From a virus (taxonomy: Duplodnaviria > Caudoviricetes), in IMG/VR virus record IMGVR_UViG_3300020045_010472, positions 1-37,575 of that record: a DNA stretch of 37,575 nt. One strand, given 5' to 3'. A model generated the notes under the pieces. The model was not told where the DNA came from, ran no database searches, and worked only from the letters and a program-made list of their open reading frames with translations. Of the stretch, positions 36,048-37,575 are shown one piece after another. A program made the translations under genes and the position numbers. Every line of letters begins with the position of its first letter. Position 1 is the first letter of the stretch.

Positions 36048-36660
36048 TTATTATTTTGAAAAACTCTACGAATTCATCTAAACTGTGAACTATCTTATAT
36101 ATTTTACCCTCAGATTGAACCTTATTCATAAACGTAATCTGATCGGGGCGTTGCTTGTCATTTCCTTTCTTTATCTCAATATAATAGGTTTGTCCATTAA
36201 TTACACACTCAGTATCGCTGTTACCTTTTTCAGCATTAGAAGCCCTGTAATAACCAGTTCCAAGTCGCACCTCATTTCCACCTGCATTATATCCCTTAGC
36301 AGGTGCAACATAAGTCCCTTTAACCTCAACCATTTTTGCTGAACAATTATGTAATTTGCACCACCGTACAATGTTGTGACAAGTATCATTATGAGAAAAA
36401 TCGGATAGTTTAAGAGGACAAATAAACGTCAAAGCAAGCTCTCTGTTGCTGCAAGCATTTAACCGTTTATTATAGTCCAAATCAATCAACACCTGTAAAT
36501 ACTTACTATTCTTATTATACTCTCGTTTTTCCTTAATCCTACGCTGCATTAATGCGTGTTTATTCGCATCGGTTCGGTTGCATTTCGGGCAGTCGATTAA
36601 AGGCATACCCTCGTGGCGACCGCAGTATAGTTCGATTACAGGGGGTATTATATAATTCAT
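36034..36660 (-). CDS. VRR-NUC-like nuclease / resolvase
   Basis: G.SD..VINGQ.YYIEIK..DKQRPDQ..Y.IVHSLDEF. Confidence 0.75.
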   Translation of the reverse strand: MNYIIPPVIELYCGRHEGMPLIDCPKCNRTDANKHALMQRRIKEKREYNKNSKYLQVLIDLDYNKRLNACSNRELALTFICPLKLSDFSHNDTCHNIVRWCKLHNCSAKMVEVKGTYVAPAKGYNAGGNEVRLGTGYYRASNAEKGNSDTECVINGQTYYIEIKKGNDKQRPDQITFMNKVQSEGKIYKIVHSLDEFVEFFKIISENK

Positions 36661-36905
36661 GTTTTATCGTCCTCCCCAAATGGTTTTAACTCAATTTTTC
36701 TAGCTTCCGTAATACCTTTTAATTCTGCTAGTTTAATTTCCAAAGCAAATGTTCGGTTCATACCTGCTAGAGCTTGTACGGCACATTCTGCTTTTTCAAT
36801 TGGTACTTCATCATTCATTAATTTTTCATACAAATCAGCAAAACTTGCATAAATACTCTTTTGATTTACCGGTCTTGCTACTTTCTTTTTTTCTAGTTCT
36901 GACAT
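36657..36905 (-). CDS. Hypothetical protein
   Basis: 82-aa ORF overlapping both neighbours. Confidence 0.6.
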   Translation of the reverse strand: MSELEKKKVARPVNQKSIYASFADLYEKLMNDEVPIEKAECAVQALAGMNRTFALEIKLAELKGITEARKIELKPFGEDDKT

Positions 36906-37342
36906 AATTCCTCCTTTTTTTGTTTAATTAAACGTTTAATTTTTATTTGTTCACGATATGATTTTATTAATTCTGAGTGTTTATCTAAAGATTTATATTT
37001 TATATTAGTTGCTTTTACAATCAATGTCTTAACATAAGTATCAACTAAATTTAACCTATAATTATGAGCAAATTGTTTTGTTTTTTGTTTATTTTTTTTT
37101 CTCCATTCTTTAGTCATATCTGCATACTTTTGTTTTTTTTTAAACATAGATTTTTTTTTATTTTCCTTAAATTTTTCAGGATTTCTTAACCTCCAATTTT
37201 TCATCCATTCTTTATTTTTTTCTTTATTTTTTTTTACATATTCTTTTTGTCTTTCTTTTCCACTTTTTAAATAATACCGTTTACTTGCCTCTCTTTTTTT
37301 GCAAACCTTGCATTCTCCACATTCACATTTTATTGTGTTCAT
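36893..37342 (-). CDS. Lys-rich hypothetical protein with N-terminal Cys cluster
   Basis: CECGECKVC followed by basic helical repeats. Confidence 0.6.
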   Translation of the reverse strand: MNTIKCECGECKVCKKREASKRYYLKSGKERQKEYVKKNKEKNKEWMKNWRLRNPEKFKENKKKSMFKKKQKYADMTKEWRKKNKQKTKQFAHNYRLNLVDTYVKTLIVKATNIKYKSLDKHSELIKSYREQIKIKRLIKQKKEELCQN

Positions 37343-37376
37343 AATAATTTCATTTGTTTAGGTGGTTCCTGTGTTA

Positions 37377-37520
37377 CTATAAAAATGGCTCTATTTCGAT
37401 CTGCTTAAATATAATCTTACTATCTCTTAAATAATACGGAATACAACCATTTAAAACCATTCTAAGCAGTTTTATTCTGCTTATATTATACTGAGTGATT
37501 ACTTGGGTTGTGGTTAGCAT
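37377..37520 (-). CDS. 47-aa excisionase-like HTH (HTH_17 type; not in ORF track)
   Basis: MLTTTQVITQYNISRIKLLRMVLNGCIPYYLRDSKIIFKQIEIEPFL*; start also present at 66 in the repeat copy. Confidence 0.7.
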   Translation of the reverse strand: MLTTTQVITQYNISRIKLLRMVLNGCIPYYLRDSKIIFKQIEIEPFL

Positions 37521-37575
37521 GGTCTACTGGGTTTTAAAATTATGTTCAAATCTTTTCATGTTTGCTAAAAAAGAG
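37455..37575. repeat. Terminal direct repeat, copy 2
   Basis: Identical to 1-121. Confidence 0.95.

Noticed and set aside
34918-36660. Restriction-modification system
   Set aside because: Both methyltransferases look like common orphan phage types and the neighbour is VRR-NUC-like; no cognate restriction enzyme can be supported

Overview
The window is an apparently complete, circularly assembled genome of an AT-rich tailed phage with a siphovirus-type tail module. Bases 1-121 are repeated exactly at 37455-37575, giving a 37,454-bp unit. The host is probably a Bacteroidota, inferred from TTTG-N19-20-TAnnTTTG promoters, A-rich start contexts without Shine-Dalgarno sites, and Bacteroidota-type primase-helicase, SSB and lysis proteins. 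The + arm (3396-24231) encodes terminase, portal, gpF-like protein, HK97-type protease and capsid, neck, tail tube, a frameshifted chaperone pair, tape measure, two large tail proteins and lysis genes. The - arm (2934 back through the junction to 24320) encodes primase-helicase, nucleases, two DNA methyltransferases, a clamp-like protein, an antirepressor, a Rad52-like annealing protein, a GIY-YIG endonuclease, a Cas4-like exonuclease, DUF5131 and three glycosyltransferases. No integrase or clear immunity repressor was found. Notable points: (1) five glycosyltransferases, two of them between the capsid and neck genes and one fused in frame to a small head-type domain, a candidate virion glycosylation system; (2) integron attC-like sites with no integrase, one of which is crossed by an ORF, suggesting cassette shuffling; (3) a tRNA-like minihelix filling the gap after the capsid gene; (4) a capsid protein with a hydrophobic membrane-type N-terminus; (5) a pseudoknotted leader with a short upstream ORF before the homing endonuclease; (6) a heptamer-iteron origin/control region. 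All family calls come from motifs recognised by eye, not from database searches.
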